A stretch of 47,936 bases of DNA from Lachnospiraceae bacterium (GTDB lineage: Bacteria > Bacillota > Clostridia > Lachnospirales > Lachnospiraceae). The translations under genes were made by a program, and so were the position numbers. The notes below the pieces were generated by a model that made no database searches, was not told the origin of the DNA, and saw only the letters and a program-made list of their open reading frames with translations. Positions 33,892-44,100 of the stretch are shown here, one piece after another. The DNA lies in NCBI GenBank assembly GCA_016282435.1, contig JAEEKN010000380.1, forward strand, positions 1 to 47,936, given 5' to 3'. Positions within the stretch are counted from its first letter, which is position 1, and the number at the start of each line of letters is the position of its first letter.

Positions 33892-35162
33892 GCGCTTTAG
33901 TAAAATCAACGTTAAAAATCTTATTCAGGATGAAGGGCTTCTGGTTTTTCCTTCTGATAACTCCTTTTTTTACAACGTTGATCCTGTCAACAAGAAACGA
34001 TAATCTGTCATATTTAAGTAATACTGAGGAAACTATTACAGAACTTGATGATATAGATCATGTAGTAGCTTATTTTAGCAGTAATGGAAAATGCGTTATA
34101 AAGGTTTATGACGGATCGAAAGACGGATTGTCGGAATATATGCTGAATAAGATATCTGAAAGCGGCCTTTTTAAAGTCTGCAGAGTAATCCTTTCAGATA
34201 CCGAAAAAAACGACTTTGATGGATTTATCAGGGAAAGACTTGGAGAAGACGGATATAATGACAGAATGGGTGCAGCTATGTTCATACGGCCCGGATTTGC
34301 AGACAATGTCGGCAAATCAGGTAGTACGGTGCTTGATATATATAAGCTTTCTGATGACAGCAGAATCGATATTTTAGAGAGTGAGGTAAAGACCATACTT
34401 TCCAAAATAGAAAAAGCAGCAGAGGCATGTCCGGGAAATGAGCAGGCAGCAGTGGACGCTTTGTTAAGCATTGATAATCTCATTCCTGAAAAGAAGACAG
34501 TGTCCGTATCCTTGGAGAATAAAAACACCCTCGACCTCGAACAGACAAATCAGAAAACCAGAATGGGATACGCGCTTGCAATCCTCACACTTGGATATGT
34601 CTTCGGCGGAATATTTATAGCACATATATGTATCAATGAGCAGAAAGACTGTGTGTTTACCAGGTTCAAGCTGGCAAATATGGGCATGCTGGAATATTTC
34701 TTCTCAAAAGTTGTAACTTCGGTGATAGTTACATTCATGCTTACGGGAGTAATGGGAATATGTACCCTGTTCTTGGATGTCGAAGCGATGGGAATGAGTG
34801 TTCCGAGTTTTCTGCTGGTTATAACACTTATGGGCCTGATATTCAGTACCCTCTCTCTTATGTTGGGAGTTCTTATCGGAGATGTAATGAGTTCAAATGT
34901 AGCAGCATTTACATTATGGAGTATGTCGGCACTGCTTAGCGGTCTGTATTTCCCGATTGATCACACAAGTGACGTAATAAAGACCTTATCTTATGTTATG
35001 CCGCATAAATGGTTTATGGATGGCACCGAATCAATAATAATAGGTGACAAATCGGCCCATGTTATGTTATTATGTATTACAGTAGCATATTTAGTCATAA
35101 TAGCCAGTGTAGGAAGTATGTGCCTTAAGGTAAAAAGGGTTGACTCATGGGGGAGCAATTAA
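33888..35162 (+). CDS. ABC-2 type permease 2
   Basis: ATG at 33888 overlaps the preceding stop (ATGA) and follows AGGAGAGGTGG. The track start at 33771 lies inside the upstream gene. Same topology as permease 1. Confidence 0.8.
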   Translation: MSALVKSTLKILFRMKGFWFFLLITPFFTTLILSTRNDNLSYLSNTEETITELDDIDHVVAYFSSNGKCVIKVYDGSKDGLSEYMLNKISESGLFKVCRVILSDTEKNDFDGFIRERLGEDGYNDRMGAAMFIRPGFADNVGKSGSTVLDIYKLSDDSRIDILESEVKTILSKIEKAAEACPGNEQAAVDALLSIDNLIPEKKTVSVSLENKNTLDLEQTNQKTRMGYALAILTLGYVFGGIFIAHICINEQKDCVFTRFKLANMGMLEYFFSKVVTSVIVTFMLTGVMGICTLFLDVEAMGMSVPSFLLVITLMGLIFSTLSLMLGVLIGDVMSSNVAAFTLWSMSALLSGLYFPIDHTSDVIKTLSYVMPHKWFMDGTESIIIGDKSAHVMLLCITVAYLVIIASVGSMCLKVKRVDSWGSN

Positions 35163-36319
35163 AAAGAAATTACTTTATGATAGTCCGGATTATTCTGATG
35201 CTGAGTTTTGGGATAAGCGGGTATCTGAAAACAGATGTTAGGACAACAGGAGTATCGGTCACGGTACTCCTGCTTGCCGCGTTTTATATCGGGGCAATGG
35301 CACTTTTGGCAACAAATGAAAAATCCCCTGAAAATGATAATGCCAGTACCATAAGATTTAAAACAATCATCGGAATCGCTTCACTTCTGGCAGCAGGGAT
35401 CATATTCTGTATTATGATGGCGGTAGCCGGAAAAAGTTTTATACTTTTCGGATACTATCTTATTTATGAAGCACTTATGTTTTTTAAGGTGCCGGCTTTC
35501 TGCTTTTTTATACCGCTTATTCTGGCTTTTATTCCGGGACCGATAGGATTTCTTGAGCAGTTCCTGATACTGGCCATGATGACGGGCTGTTATATCCAAC
35601 AGGAATTTGTGGTGTCATCATACAGGAGGCAGATCATAGAGGAAACCGTTCTCGAACAGGAACTAAAGAAGGATATAGAAATAAGGGAACAAACGAATAA
35701 AGAAAAAATGAAAAAGAGTTTGTTGGCAGCCAGTAACCAGATACTTGAGGAAAGATCGAACCTGGCTCAGGCACTTCACGATAAGCTGGGTCATAATATA
35801 AATGGCTCCATATATCAGCTTGAAGCTATAAAAGTACTGATGGATAAAGATCCCGAAAAGTCTAAGCAGATGACGCAGGCTGTCATAGACCAGCTCAGGT
35901 CAGGAATGGATGAGATAAGGGCCATTCTTCGTAAGGAACGTCCGGAGAGAAAGGATCTTGCGCTTCTCCAGATATATAAGCTCTGTGAAGACTGTAACAG
36001 CAAAGGGGTTGAAACTAACCTTGAAACTGAGGGGGATATCTCTCTGATTCCCGATAATATCTGGGAGATTATTCTGGATAATGCCTTTGAAGCTGTTTCG
36101 AATTCCATGAAGTATGCGAGATGTAAAAATATCCGGATAAAAATTTTCGTGATGAACAAAATCGTGAAATGCACTATAATAGATGACGGAAAAGGCTGTC
36201 TGGAAGTAAAGGACGGTATGGGAATATCCGGAATGAGAAGACGTGTCCGCAGCGTGAACGGAACACTTGATTTTGAAACCATGACCGGGTTTACGGTAAA
36301 GATGCTGCTGCCGTTGTGA
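35147..36319 (+). CDS. Sensor histidine kinase, HisKA_3 (NarL/LiaS/YvfT-type)
   Basis: N-terminal polytopic membrane domain. H-box LAQALHDKLGHNINGS, N-box LDNAFEAVSNSMKYA, G-boxes DDGKG and GMGISGM. Confidence 0.88.
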   Translation: MGEQLKRNYFMIVRIILMLSFGISGYLKTDVRTTGVSVTVLLLAAFYIGAMALLATNEKSPENDNASTIRFKTIIGIASLLAAGIIFCIMMAVAGKSFILFGYYLIYEALMFFKVPAFCFFIPLILAFIPGPIGFLEQFLILAMMTGCYIQQEFVVSSYRRQIIEETVLEQELKKDIEIREQTNKEKMKKSLLAASNQILEERSNLAQALHDKLGHNINGSIYQLEAIKVLMDKDPEKSKQMTQAVIDQLRSGMDEIRAILRKERPERKDLALLQIYKLCEDCNSKGVETNLETEGDISLIPDNIWEIILDNAFEAVSNSMKYARCKNIRIKIFVMNKIVKCTIIDDGKGCLEVKDGMGISGMRRRVRSVNGTLDFETMTGFTVKMLLPL

Positions 36320-36341
36320 TTTATTTTTAGAGGAGAAGAGT

Positions 36342-37028
36342 ATGGATAAAATCAAAGTAATAATAGCTGATGACAGTGATTTTGTACGTGACGGAATGAA
36401 GATCATCCTCGATGTGGATGATGATTTTGAGGTCATCGGCACTGCGTCGAACGGTCGTGAGGCGATAGAACTGGCAGAAAAACAGAAGCCTGATGTATTT
36501 CTGATGGATATCCAGATGCCGGAAATGGACGGTATAGATGCAACAAAATATATAGTAGAACACGATCTGGGCAAAGTACTGATACTTACCACCTTTGATG
36601 ATGACGACCTGGTAAAGAGAGCACTGAAAAACGGGGCAAAGGGGTATCTTATAAAAAACCATACCCCCGAACACTTAAAACAAATGATAAAATCCGTATA
36701 TAACGGAACAGGGGTAATGGATGAAAACATACTTAATGCGCTGACAAAACTCACTGTTTCCGGTGAAAAGGCAACTGACGCAAGCGATCAGGCGGATTCT
36801 TCGAAGCTGGTACGTAATCTCGCAGACGGATTCGACGCATCAGACTATACCGACAGGGAACTAGATATCATAAAAGCCGTAGCAGAAGGACTGTCAAACA
36901 AGCAGATAGCGGAAAAACTGTACATATCCGAGGGAACTGTTAAGAATTACATAACCAACATTCTCTCTAAAGAAGACTTGTCACACAGGACTGCACTGGC
37001 AGTTTATTATCTCACGGGGAAAAAATAA
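36342..37028 (+). CDS. LuxR/NarL-family response regulator
   Basis: Receiver motifs (VIIADDSDFV, DVFLMDIQMPEMDG, ILTTF, KGYLIK) plus the LuxR HTH (LSNKQIAEKLYISEGTVKNYITNIL), joined by an unusually long linker. Confidence 0.9.
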   Translation: MDKIKVIIADDSDFVRDGMKIILDVDDDFEVIGTASNGREAIELAEKQKPDVFLMDIQMPEMDGIDATKYIVEHDLGKVLILTTFDDDDLVKRALKNGAKGYLIKNHTPEHLKQMIKSVYNGTGVMDENILNALTKLTVSGEKATDASDQADSSKLVRNLADGFDASDYTDRELDIIKAVAEGLSNKQIAEKLYISEGTVKNYITNILSKEDLSHRTALAVYYLTGKK

Positions 37029-37040
37029 AAAATCAAAAAA

Positions 37041-37075
37041 ACTTGTTTGTCCAACTTGAACAAACAAGTTTTTTG
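37041..37075 (+). terminator. Rho-independent terminator after the response-regulator gene
   Basis: ACTTGTTTGT (37041-37050) / ACAAACAAGT (37060-37069) followed by TTTTT. Confidence 0.85.
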
Positions 37076-37084
37076 CGTTATAAT
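37056..37084 (+). promoter_or_regulatory. Promoter of the GH3-to-glycosyltransferase unit
   Basis: TTGAAC (37056-37061, in the terminator loop), 17-nt spacer, consensus TATAAT (37079-37084). Confidence 0.6.
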
Positions 37085-37162
37085 CATTCTTAAGCAGGTA
37101 GCTGATGTGCATAGTACTGAAAGAAATTGAACACGAAATCCGGCAGTGAACAGGAGGGGTTA

Positions 37163-39625
37163 ATGATGCTGACAGACAGGGAAAGAAAAAATGCAGGTAT
37201 TGTAAGGGGATTACAGGCAGAATGCACGGTTCTGCTGAAGAAAAACGGAGCGTTTCCGCTTGATGGGCCATGCAGGATAGCTCTGTACGGAAACGGAGCC
37301 AGGAATACTATGAGGGGTGGCACCGGATCGGGAGAAGTATACTCTCATTTTACGGTTTCCATAGAGAGAGCCTTGGAGAAAGAAGACTTTACTATTACTA
37401 CCAAAGAATGGCTTGATGCATATGACGAAGTGTTAAAAAAATGCCGGAAAGAATTTATTAATGATATAAAGAGGAGAGCAAAAGAAAAGCATGTAAACCC
37501 GGTTTTTGAGGGAATGGGTGCTGTTATGCCTGAGCCTGACTATAATATTCCGCTGACGGGTGAAGGAGATGTTGCGGTCTACGTACTGTCAAGAATCTGC
37601 GGGGAAGGAAACGACAGAGTACCCGAAAAAGATATTCTGCTTACAAAGACCGAGATAAAGACAATTTTAAAACTGAACAGGAAATATGAGAAATTCATGC
37701 TGGTGCTGAATGTCGGAGGACCCGTTGACCTGACACCTGTTTTGGAGGTAGAAAACATTTTGCTCCTTTCACAGCTCGGAGCACTCACGGGATATGCATT
37801 TTCTGATATACTTCTCGGAAAGAAAACTCCTTCAGGTAAACTGGCTACTACATGGGTTTCATGGAATGAATATCCCGAGCTTTTTGACTTCGGGGATAAG
37901 GATGATACCAGGTATAAAGAAGGAATTTATGTAGGATACAGATATTTCAATACCGTAGGAACGAAGCTGTTGTTCCCCTTCGGATACGGACTCTCGTACA
38001 CTGATTTTGATGTACGGTATCAGGGGATTACACATGACGGTGAAAAGGTTACGGTAGATTTTAATGTGGAGAACACCGGAAATACTTTTGGAAAAGAAGT
38101 GGTTCAGGTGTACATTGCCAAGCCCTCTCTAAAGCTTGACCAGCCGGCAGCGGTACTTGCAGGATGGGTTAAAACGGAAAAACTTGGCGCCGGGGAGAGT
38201 ACAAAGGTCTCGGTAAGTTTTAAGATGTCTGAACTGGCGAGCTATGATACCGGGTGTAGCAGCTATATTCTTGAAAAAGGTGACTATGTCATAAAATATG
38301 GTGTCGACAGTGTGCAGCTTACTTCGTGCGCAGTTGTGAGGATACCGGATACTGTGACAGTAAGAGAAGTTGAAAGTTCCTTTGAAGGTCCGGATTTTAC
38401 AGATTTTAAGCCTGAGTCTGATCGTAAATCAATAAGCGATGAGAAATGCGATACAGGTTTATCAGAAGGAAATAATGCGGCTTCTAACTTGCCGGTGGTT
38501 ATAATAGATGGTAAGGATATACCTACGGAGAAAATTAATTATGATACGGTAACAGAGATTCCAGATGAGGTAAAGGGGCTCTCGGATGAAGAATTAATCT
38601 ATTTAAATATCGGAGCTTTCTTCGGAGGCGGCGTCGGCGGAAGTATGATAGGAAACGCAGGAAGGCTTGTAGCGGGAGCAGCAGGAGAAACTACCGAAAA
38701 ACTGCGCGACAAAGGTATTCCGTCTCTTTCCATGGCAGACGGTCCGGCAGGCGTACGTATCAGTAAAAAGTACTGGGTTGATGCTGACGGGGCTCATTCT
38801 GTAGGGAATACCATGCTTGAAGGTCTGTCGGATTTCCTGCCCAAGCCTGCAGCCATCATCAGCAAGCTGTTTACTTCTTCAAAACCTAAACATGGTGAAA
38901 AGATAGAGACTCATTATGCTACAGCCATTCCCATAGGAACCGCCCTGGCACAGAGCTGGAATTTAAAACTTGCTGAAAGGTGCGGAGATATAGTAGGCGG
39001 TGAGATGCAGGAGTTTGGAGTTCATCTGTGGCTTGCACCTGCTATGAATATTCACAGGCACATCCGTTGCGGAAGGAACTTTGAGTATTATTCGGAGGAT
39101 CCGTTGATCACGGGAAGGATGGCTGCGGCTATAACTAAAGGTGTCCAGAAGCATAGAGGCTGTGGAGTAACTATCAAGCATTTTTGCGTAAATAATCAGG
39201 AATATAACAGATGTTTTAATAACAGTATGGTCAGCGAAAGGGCATTGAGGGAAATATATCTTAAGGGCTATGAAATATGTGTTAAGGAAGCTCAGCCCAT
39301 GACGGTTATGTCGTCCTACAATCTGCTAAACGGCATACATACCAATGAGAGGAAGGACCTGCTGGAGAATATTTTAAGAAATGAATTCGGCTTCAAAGGC
39401 ATAGTCATGACTGACTGGCTGATCAGTTCGGTTCCGAACTATGGTACAAAACACCCCGCATCTAGCGCGGCAAGAGTTGCGGCAGCAGGCGGTGAGATAG
39501 TTATGCCGGGCAGCCGGGAGGATTTTGATGACATGATGTCCGCTTTGAAGGATGGGACGCTTACGAGAAGCAGACTTGAGATAAATGCTACCAGGCTTAT
39601 AAGATTAATAAGAGCTTTGACATAA
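37163..39625 (+). CDS. Glycoside hydrolase family 3 beta-glucosidase with permuted domain order
   Basis: ATG at 37163 follows GGAGGGG. The N-terminal part resembles the GH3 alpha/beta-sandwich domain (ALYGNGARNTMRGGTGSGEV) and the Fn3-like domain (EVVQVYIAKP). The catalytic TIM-barrel blocks lie at the C-terminus: KHFCVNNQE, SYNLLNG, and GFKGIVMTDW with the nucleophile Asp. Confidence 0.85.
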   Translation: MMLTDRERKNAGIVRGLQAECTVLLKKNGAFPLDGPCRIALYGNGARNTMRGGTGSGEVYSHFTVSIERALEKEDFTITTKEWLDAYDEVLKKCRKEFINDIKRRAKEKHVNPVFEGMGAVMPEPDYNIPLTGEGDVAVYVLSRICGEGNDRVPEKDILLTKTEIKTILKLNRKYEKFMLVLNVGGPVDLTPVLEVENILLLSQLGALTGYAFSDILLGKKTPSGKLATTWVSWNEYPELFDFGDKDDTRYKEGIYVGYRYFNTVGTKLLFPFGYGLSYTDFDVRYQGITHDGEKVTVDFNVENTGNTFGKEVVQVYIAKPSLKLDQPAAVLAGWVKTEKLGAGESTKVSVSFKMSELASYDTGCSSYILEKGDYVIKYGVDSVQLTSCAVVRIPDTVTVREVESSFEGPDFTDFKPESDRKSISDEKCDTGLSEGNNAASNLPVVIIDGKDIPTEKINYDTVTEIPDEVKGLSDEELIYLNIGAFFGGGVGGSMIGNAGRLVAGAAGETTEKLRDKGIPSLSMADGPAGVRISKKYWVDADGAHSVGNTMLEGLSDFLPKPAAIISKLFTSSKPKHGEKIETHYATAIPIGTALAQSWNLKLAERCGDIVGGEMQEFGVHLWLAPAMNIHRHIRCGRNFEYYSEDPLITGRMAAAITKGVQKHRGCGVTIKHFCVNNQEYNRCFNNSMVSERALREIYLKGYEICVKEAQPMTVMSSYNLLNGIHTNERKDLLENILRNEFGFKGIVMTDWLISSVPNYGTKHPASSAARVAAAGGEIVMPGSREDFDDMMSALKDGTLTRSRLEINATRLIRLIRALT

Positions 39626-39644
39626 ATATAGGAGCGGAGAAGTT

Positions 39645-41072
39645 ATGTTCAGGTGTGATTATAAGAAACTTTGCCTAGCTTTTAACTGTTTTCATGATGT
39701 TCAAGTGGATGACATGCCTGAGTATGGGGACTATGTTCTTATCGAATTAAAGGACGGACGCCATACAGCAGGATGCTGGTATCCGAAAGATGATGAGGAG
39801 ACTGTATCAGGAAGCTTCAGTCGGGACAGTTTTGACTCCGTTGACGTTGGGGAAGTATCGAAATGGCAGCCACTTAACGGATATGACCTTACAGGATCGC
39901 TGGAGAAGGAGAATATCAATCGAATAATTCTGGGATCCGATGAAGATGACCCTTATATTGTCGAGATCAGGGATTTTAAGTCATTTAAGGATGGAGATTT
40001 CCCCAAAAACAAACAATTCTGCCTCCTGATCTTAATTGACGGAACTTTGGCAGCAGGAAGGTGGAATAAGCTGGGAGAAGATGACGGACAGTTTATTTAT
40101 GCATCAGCTCTGGCATCCCACAGTATGAATAAGGTTTGGGCATGGACTCCATTAAGTTCCGATGAAATATTTGAGGAGGAAGAAGAAAAAGAAAGAGAGC
40201 GCTTAGCCGAGGAGGAACTAAACAAACATCCTACGGCCGATCCCGAGAAATTCAAATACGGAACGGATATAAATGCTTATTATGAAAAGGCTTTGGAAAA
40301 ACTGCGTGAGGAATATCCCTGGGCAACTCTTGCACAGATGAAAAAGAAAACGCCATATGTGATCGTGCCTCGCCACGGACAGTATATTTTCGGAAAAGAC
40401 TGTGGGACGTATATGGGACAGAATGTAGTCAGGGAATGGATTGACGGCAGTACTGCCGATGAATTTGTTGATTTCCTGCGTGAGTACACCCGGGAAAAGG
40501 TGAAGAATTCCGATCCTGTAGTGAAATTCAAATACGGAACTGAAATTAAAGTATATTTTGAAAAAGCATACGAAAAAGTCAAAAAGGATTATCGATGGTT
40601 TAATAAGGAAATGGCAGATAATTACTGCCAATATGCGATAATAGAGGTAGACGGCGAACCGGAATTCGCCAGGAAATTTAATAACGATAAAGAATTCCAC
40701 GTGTACGATTGTGAAAGTGCTGACGGATTATTGAAAAATATGGAGTATGAATTTCAGGAAGCGGCACTTAAGGAAAATCCTGTTGTGGCAGAGTATGCGG
40801 TACCGTTTGGAAGGGTTGACGCGAACGGATGGTGTCTGGAAAAATATATCGTATATAAGCTTAAGTCAGGTGATTACAAGGTATTTGTACAGGCCGGAGA
40901 CAGGACTGCAGGAGGCAGCAGAGAGTTCTTTATTACACCTGACTGCTTTGAAGCAAAAACATATGATGAGTTTTTGGACCGTTATCTGGAAATCGTTCCG
41001 GGTAGTTCATTTGGACTCAATAAACAGGATCTTGCTCCCGATATGGAACTGAAAAAATTCTTTGGATATTAA
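39645..41072 (+). CDS. Hypothetical cytoplasmic protein built from two internally duplicated module pairs
   Basis: Good RBS (GGAGCGGAG). Duplicated blocks: YVLIELKDGRHTAGCWYP...KWQPL versus CLLILIDGTLAAGRWNK...WAWTPL, and KFKYGTDINAYYEKALEKLREEYPW versus KFKYGTEIKVYFEKAYEKVKKDYRW. No known motif recognised. Confidence 0.7.
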   Translation: MFRCDYKKLCLAFNCFHDVQVDDMPEYGDYVLIELKDGRHTAGCWYPKDDEETVSGSFSRDSFDSVDVGEVSKWQPLNGYDLTGSLEKENINRIILGSDEDDPYIVEIRDFKSFKDGDFPKNKQFCLLILIDGTLAAGRWNKLGEDDGQFIYASALASHSMNKVWAWTPLSSDEIFEEEEEKERERLAEEELNKHPTADPEKFKYGTDINAYYEKALEKLREEYPWATLAQMKKKTPYVIVPRHGQYIFGKDCGTYMGQNVVREWIDGSTADEFVDFLREYTREKVKNSDPVVKFKYGTEIKVYFEKAYEKVKKDYRWFNKEMADNYCQYAIIEVDGEPEFARKFNNDKEFHVYDCESADGLLKNMEYEFQEAALKENPVVAEYAVPFGRVDANGWCLEKYIVYKLKSGDYKVFVQAGDRTAGGSREFFITPDCFEAKTYDEFLDRYLEIVPGSSFGLNKQDLAPDMELKKFFGY

Positions 41073-41130
41073 GACTCCTGGTCAGTCTTAACGTATTGTA
41101 GAAAAGCAGAAAAGTAAAGGAGAAGGGCAT

Positions 41131-44100
41131 ATGATATTAGGAAAAAAAGCATGTTTATCACGGATTGGAAAATGTTTGATCGCGACGTTGATTGCGGTTG
41201 TGATGATTACGGGTGTGTTCACGGCAACAGATTTCAGCCCGGTTCGGGCTGCTGTTGATAAGTCTGCAGCTCAGAATGAAGTTAAAAGCAAGGTCACTAA
41301 AAAAGAGGCGAAGAACTTTGTTAAAAAAGTAGCAAAGGTCAACAAGATAAAAAACATTCTAAAAAAACACAGCTCATTCAGCATATCTTATGTTGATTAC
41401 GACCTTTGGATTGACAAAGAAAAAGCGTTTTATAACAATCTTGTATCAAAACGCAGTATTTATGCCGATGAAGACTTTATCTGCATACTTGAAGGTGATG
41501 ATCCGTCAACATTTTATTATGTGGTGGATACCGATGGACGCGGAGATAAGTATGCCGGTACTAATGCCTATAATTTAGTTGATAATATTTTAACTGCGGA
41601 CAATCTTCTTGAAGAGAAACCTGCTTCACTGGTTAATGACGGTAAAACGATTACATATACCGGTAAACTGTCAAAGGAGAATATAGAAGTTTTTAAGAAA
41701 CTGTTAGGAATAACAGAAGATGTAAAAGAAGTGTATAGCCGGTTGGTTGTAAAGGCTGATACCTATGAAGTCTTGGAATACGCTACATATTCAATAGGGA
41801 AAGAAGAACATCCGGAATTTTGTGTTCAGTATGCTTATGATACTGAAGAACCTGTAGGGTGTTGCCTGTTGCGAAGGATGGCTCATCGTCAGGAAAGGGA
41901 CACCGTTAAATTTTCAGTGATCCGTGATAAGGGTACGGAAAAAGAGTATATTAAACAGATGACAATTCCGCAGAATTGCGGAGTAATGGTATATGCAAAA
42001 GGAACCGATGGACAATATATTGATGACGGATTTACAAAACTGTTTGAAAAATGGGATAGAAAGAGTGACATAACACTTTATTGCAGAACAGTGGAAAATA
42101 GTGATGGTAATGCTGATTCGGAAACGGATGAAATAAGTTCAAAACTTGACGAGGAATATGAGCGCCTCTTACCCGACCTTGGACCGCGCCTTGAGGAATG
42201 GAATGCGGAACTCGCAAAATGTTCCGAAGAAGAGAAGCGGATCATGAAGTACTATTTTATCACGACCTCGATGAATGAACTGTGCAGTATAGATTTTTCA
42301 CTTCTTCATAGTTATGCATCACATGCAGCACAGCTTCGTGAAAATATGCCCTGGACAAAGGCACTTGATGAGGATACATTCCTGTGTTATGTAGCTTCTT
42401 ACAAGGTGTACGTTGAACCGGTAGTTGACTGCAGACCCTTTTTCTATGAACAGCTTTCCGAACTGGTGAAGGGAAAGTCTCTCACTGAAGCGGCACTTCT
42501 GGTGAATTTCTGGTGTGGCTGTCAGGCGACTTATGAAGATAGCGACGAGAGAGCTGCATCTCCTCTCGGAATGTATAATGGTGGAGCCGGGAGATGCGGT
42601 GAAGAAGCAACCTTTGTTGTAAATGTACTACGCAGTGTAGGTATTCCTGCACGCGAATGTGACGTAGATTGGAGTATAGTCTTAGGCGGGCATGCATTCG
42701 TTCAGATACTTGTAGATGGAGAATGGCATTATATGGGTGCCTGTGAGCCTGACCCTGTGCTGGATTCCGGATGGTTTACGGGAAGACTTGGAAGTCTTAT
42801 TTGTACGAGTTCATATTCCTTTAGCGAAATCGGAGTGGGTCAGTCTTATATAGACGATTACGGGGTTTATAAAATTAATGATATTGCTGATTTTACAGAT
42901 ACAAAGAAAATAACAATCACAGTACTTGACAAGGACGGAAAGCCTGCTCCTAATGTTAGTACAGATCTTATGGTGGTTCAACCCGGATCGTTTCTTAGTA
43001 CTCTGGTAACTTTGACTACCGATAAGAATGGAGAGGCAAAATACTCTATAGGCAAAGGAAGTATATATGCTGTGGCATATATGGAAGACGAATGGCGTGG
43101 GACTTGGATTACTCAGGATCAAAAGAAAGCTACCATATCTTTTGCTGAAGAACCCCAATATGATGTATGGGAGAGTTTCGAGATAAGATACAACGAAGCG
43201 GATGCAAAGAATGTACAAACATACACTGATGAGGACTGGAGAGCTCTTTTCGGTACAAAAACGATAGATGAAATCAGAGCCGAAAACCATTCCGGTGATT
43301 TTGATCCGGAACGTGCCGCAGCATATCCTGACTGCGAAGAGAGCTTGCGCAGTGCCGGCAGAAATTTTGATGAACTTATCACTTTCCTTGAAAAAGACGA
43401 TGATCCTCTCAGGAGTGTTCTTGTGAAGGGACTTTCCGAAAAATACTGTTGTGAAGTCAAATCTGATGTTCTGGAAGATATATTACAGGGGGCTAAAAAG
43501 GTTCGTGGAGAACTTAACGATGACATTTTCGTAAACGGTATTTTATACCCGGTATATGAATGGTCGTATTTTATGCCGCAGAGACAGGATGTTTTGAACC
43601 TGTTTACAAAGAAACAACTGAAAAAATTCAGAAAAGATCCTTCGACGTTAAAGAAGTGGTTTGAAGCCAATATTTCCGATAAATGTATAAGGCAGTATCA
43701 AAATGGTATTCCTTCTCTTATCGGTACATTGAAAATGGGGTATTGTCCTGAAGGATGTCGAACCGTGATCTTGATGGAACTGGCGAGAGCTATAGGCATA
43801 CCTGTATATCAGGATGAAAATACATTGCAATGGTTTTATTACAGAGAAAACGAGTGGATAGTTGCAGATTGGACTTTTGATCCGGAAAAAGAAAGCACGG
43901 GTAAGGTACAATATCTGCTTCCTGACAGTGAAAAATATCTGGGAGAAATCTGGACGCTTGTAGGTGATTACAGAGACTACGGATTGGAAACTTGGATATT
44001 TTGGCCGGTAGAAGAAGGGGATCAGGAAGAGATAGGTGACTTACCTGTAGGAGATTATGTGATGCTTTATGCAGATATGTCCGAAGAAAAGTCAGGAACA

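Noticed and set aside
35900-36754. 284-aa minus-strand ORF spanning the kinase/regulator junction. Other long antisense ORFs in the track are similar, for example 12239-12799, 14044-14625, 17249-17761, 40218-40700 and 43119-43670.
   Set aside because: They lie antisense to genes with unambiguous family motifs. They are Ser/Ile/Phe-rich and low-complexity, have no RBS and carry no recognisable motif. These are shadow ORFs.
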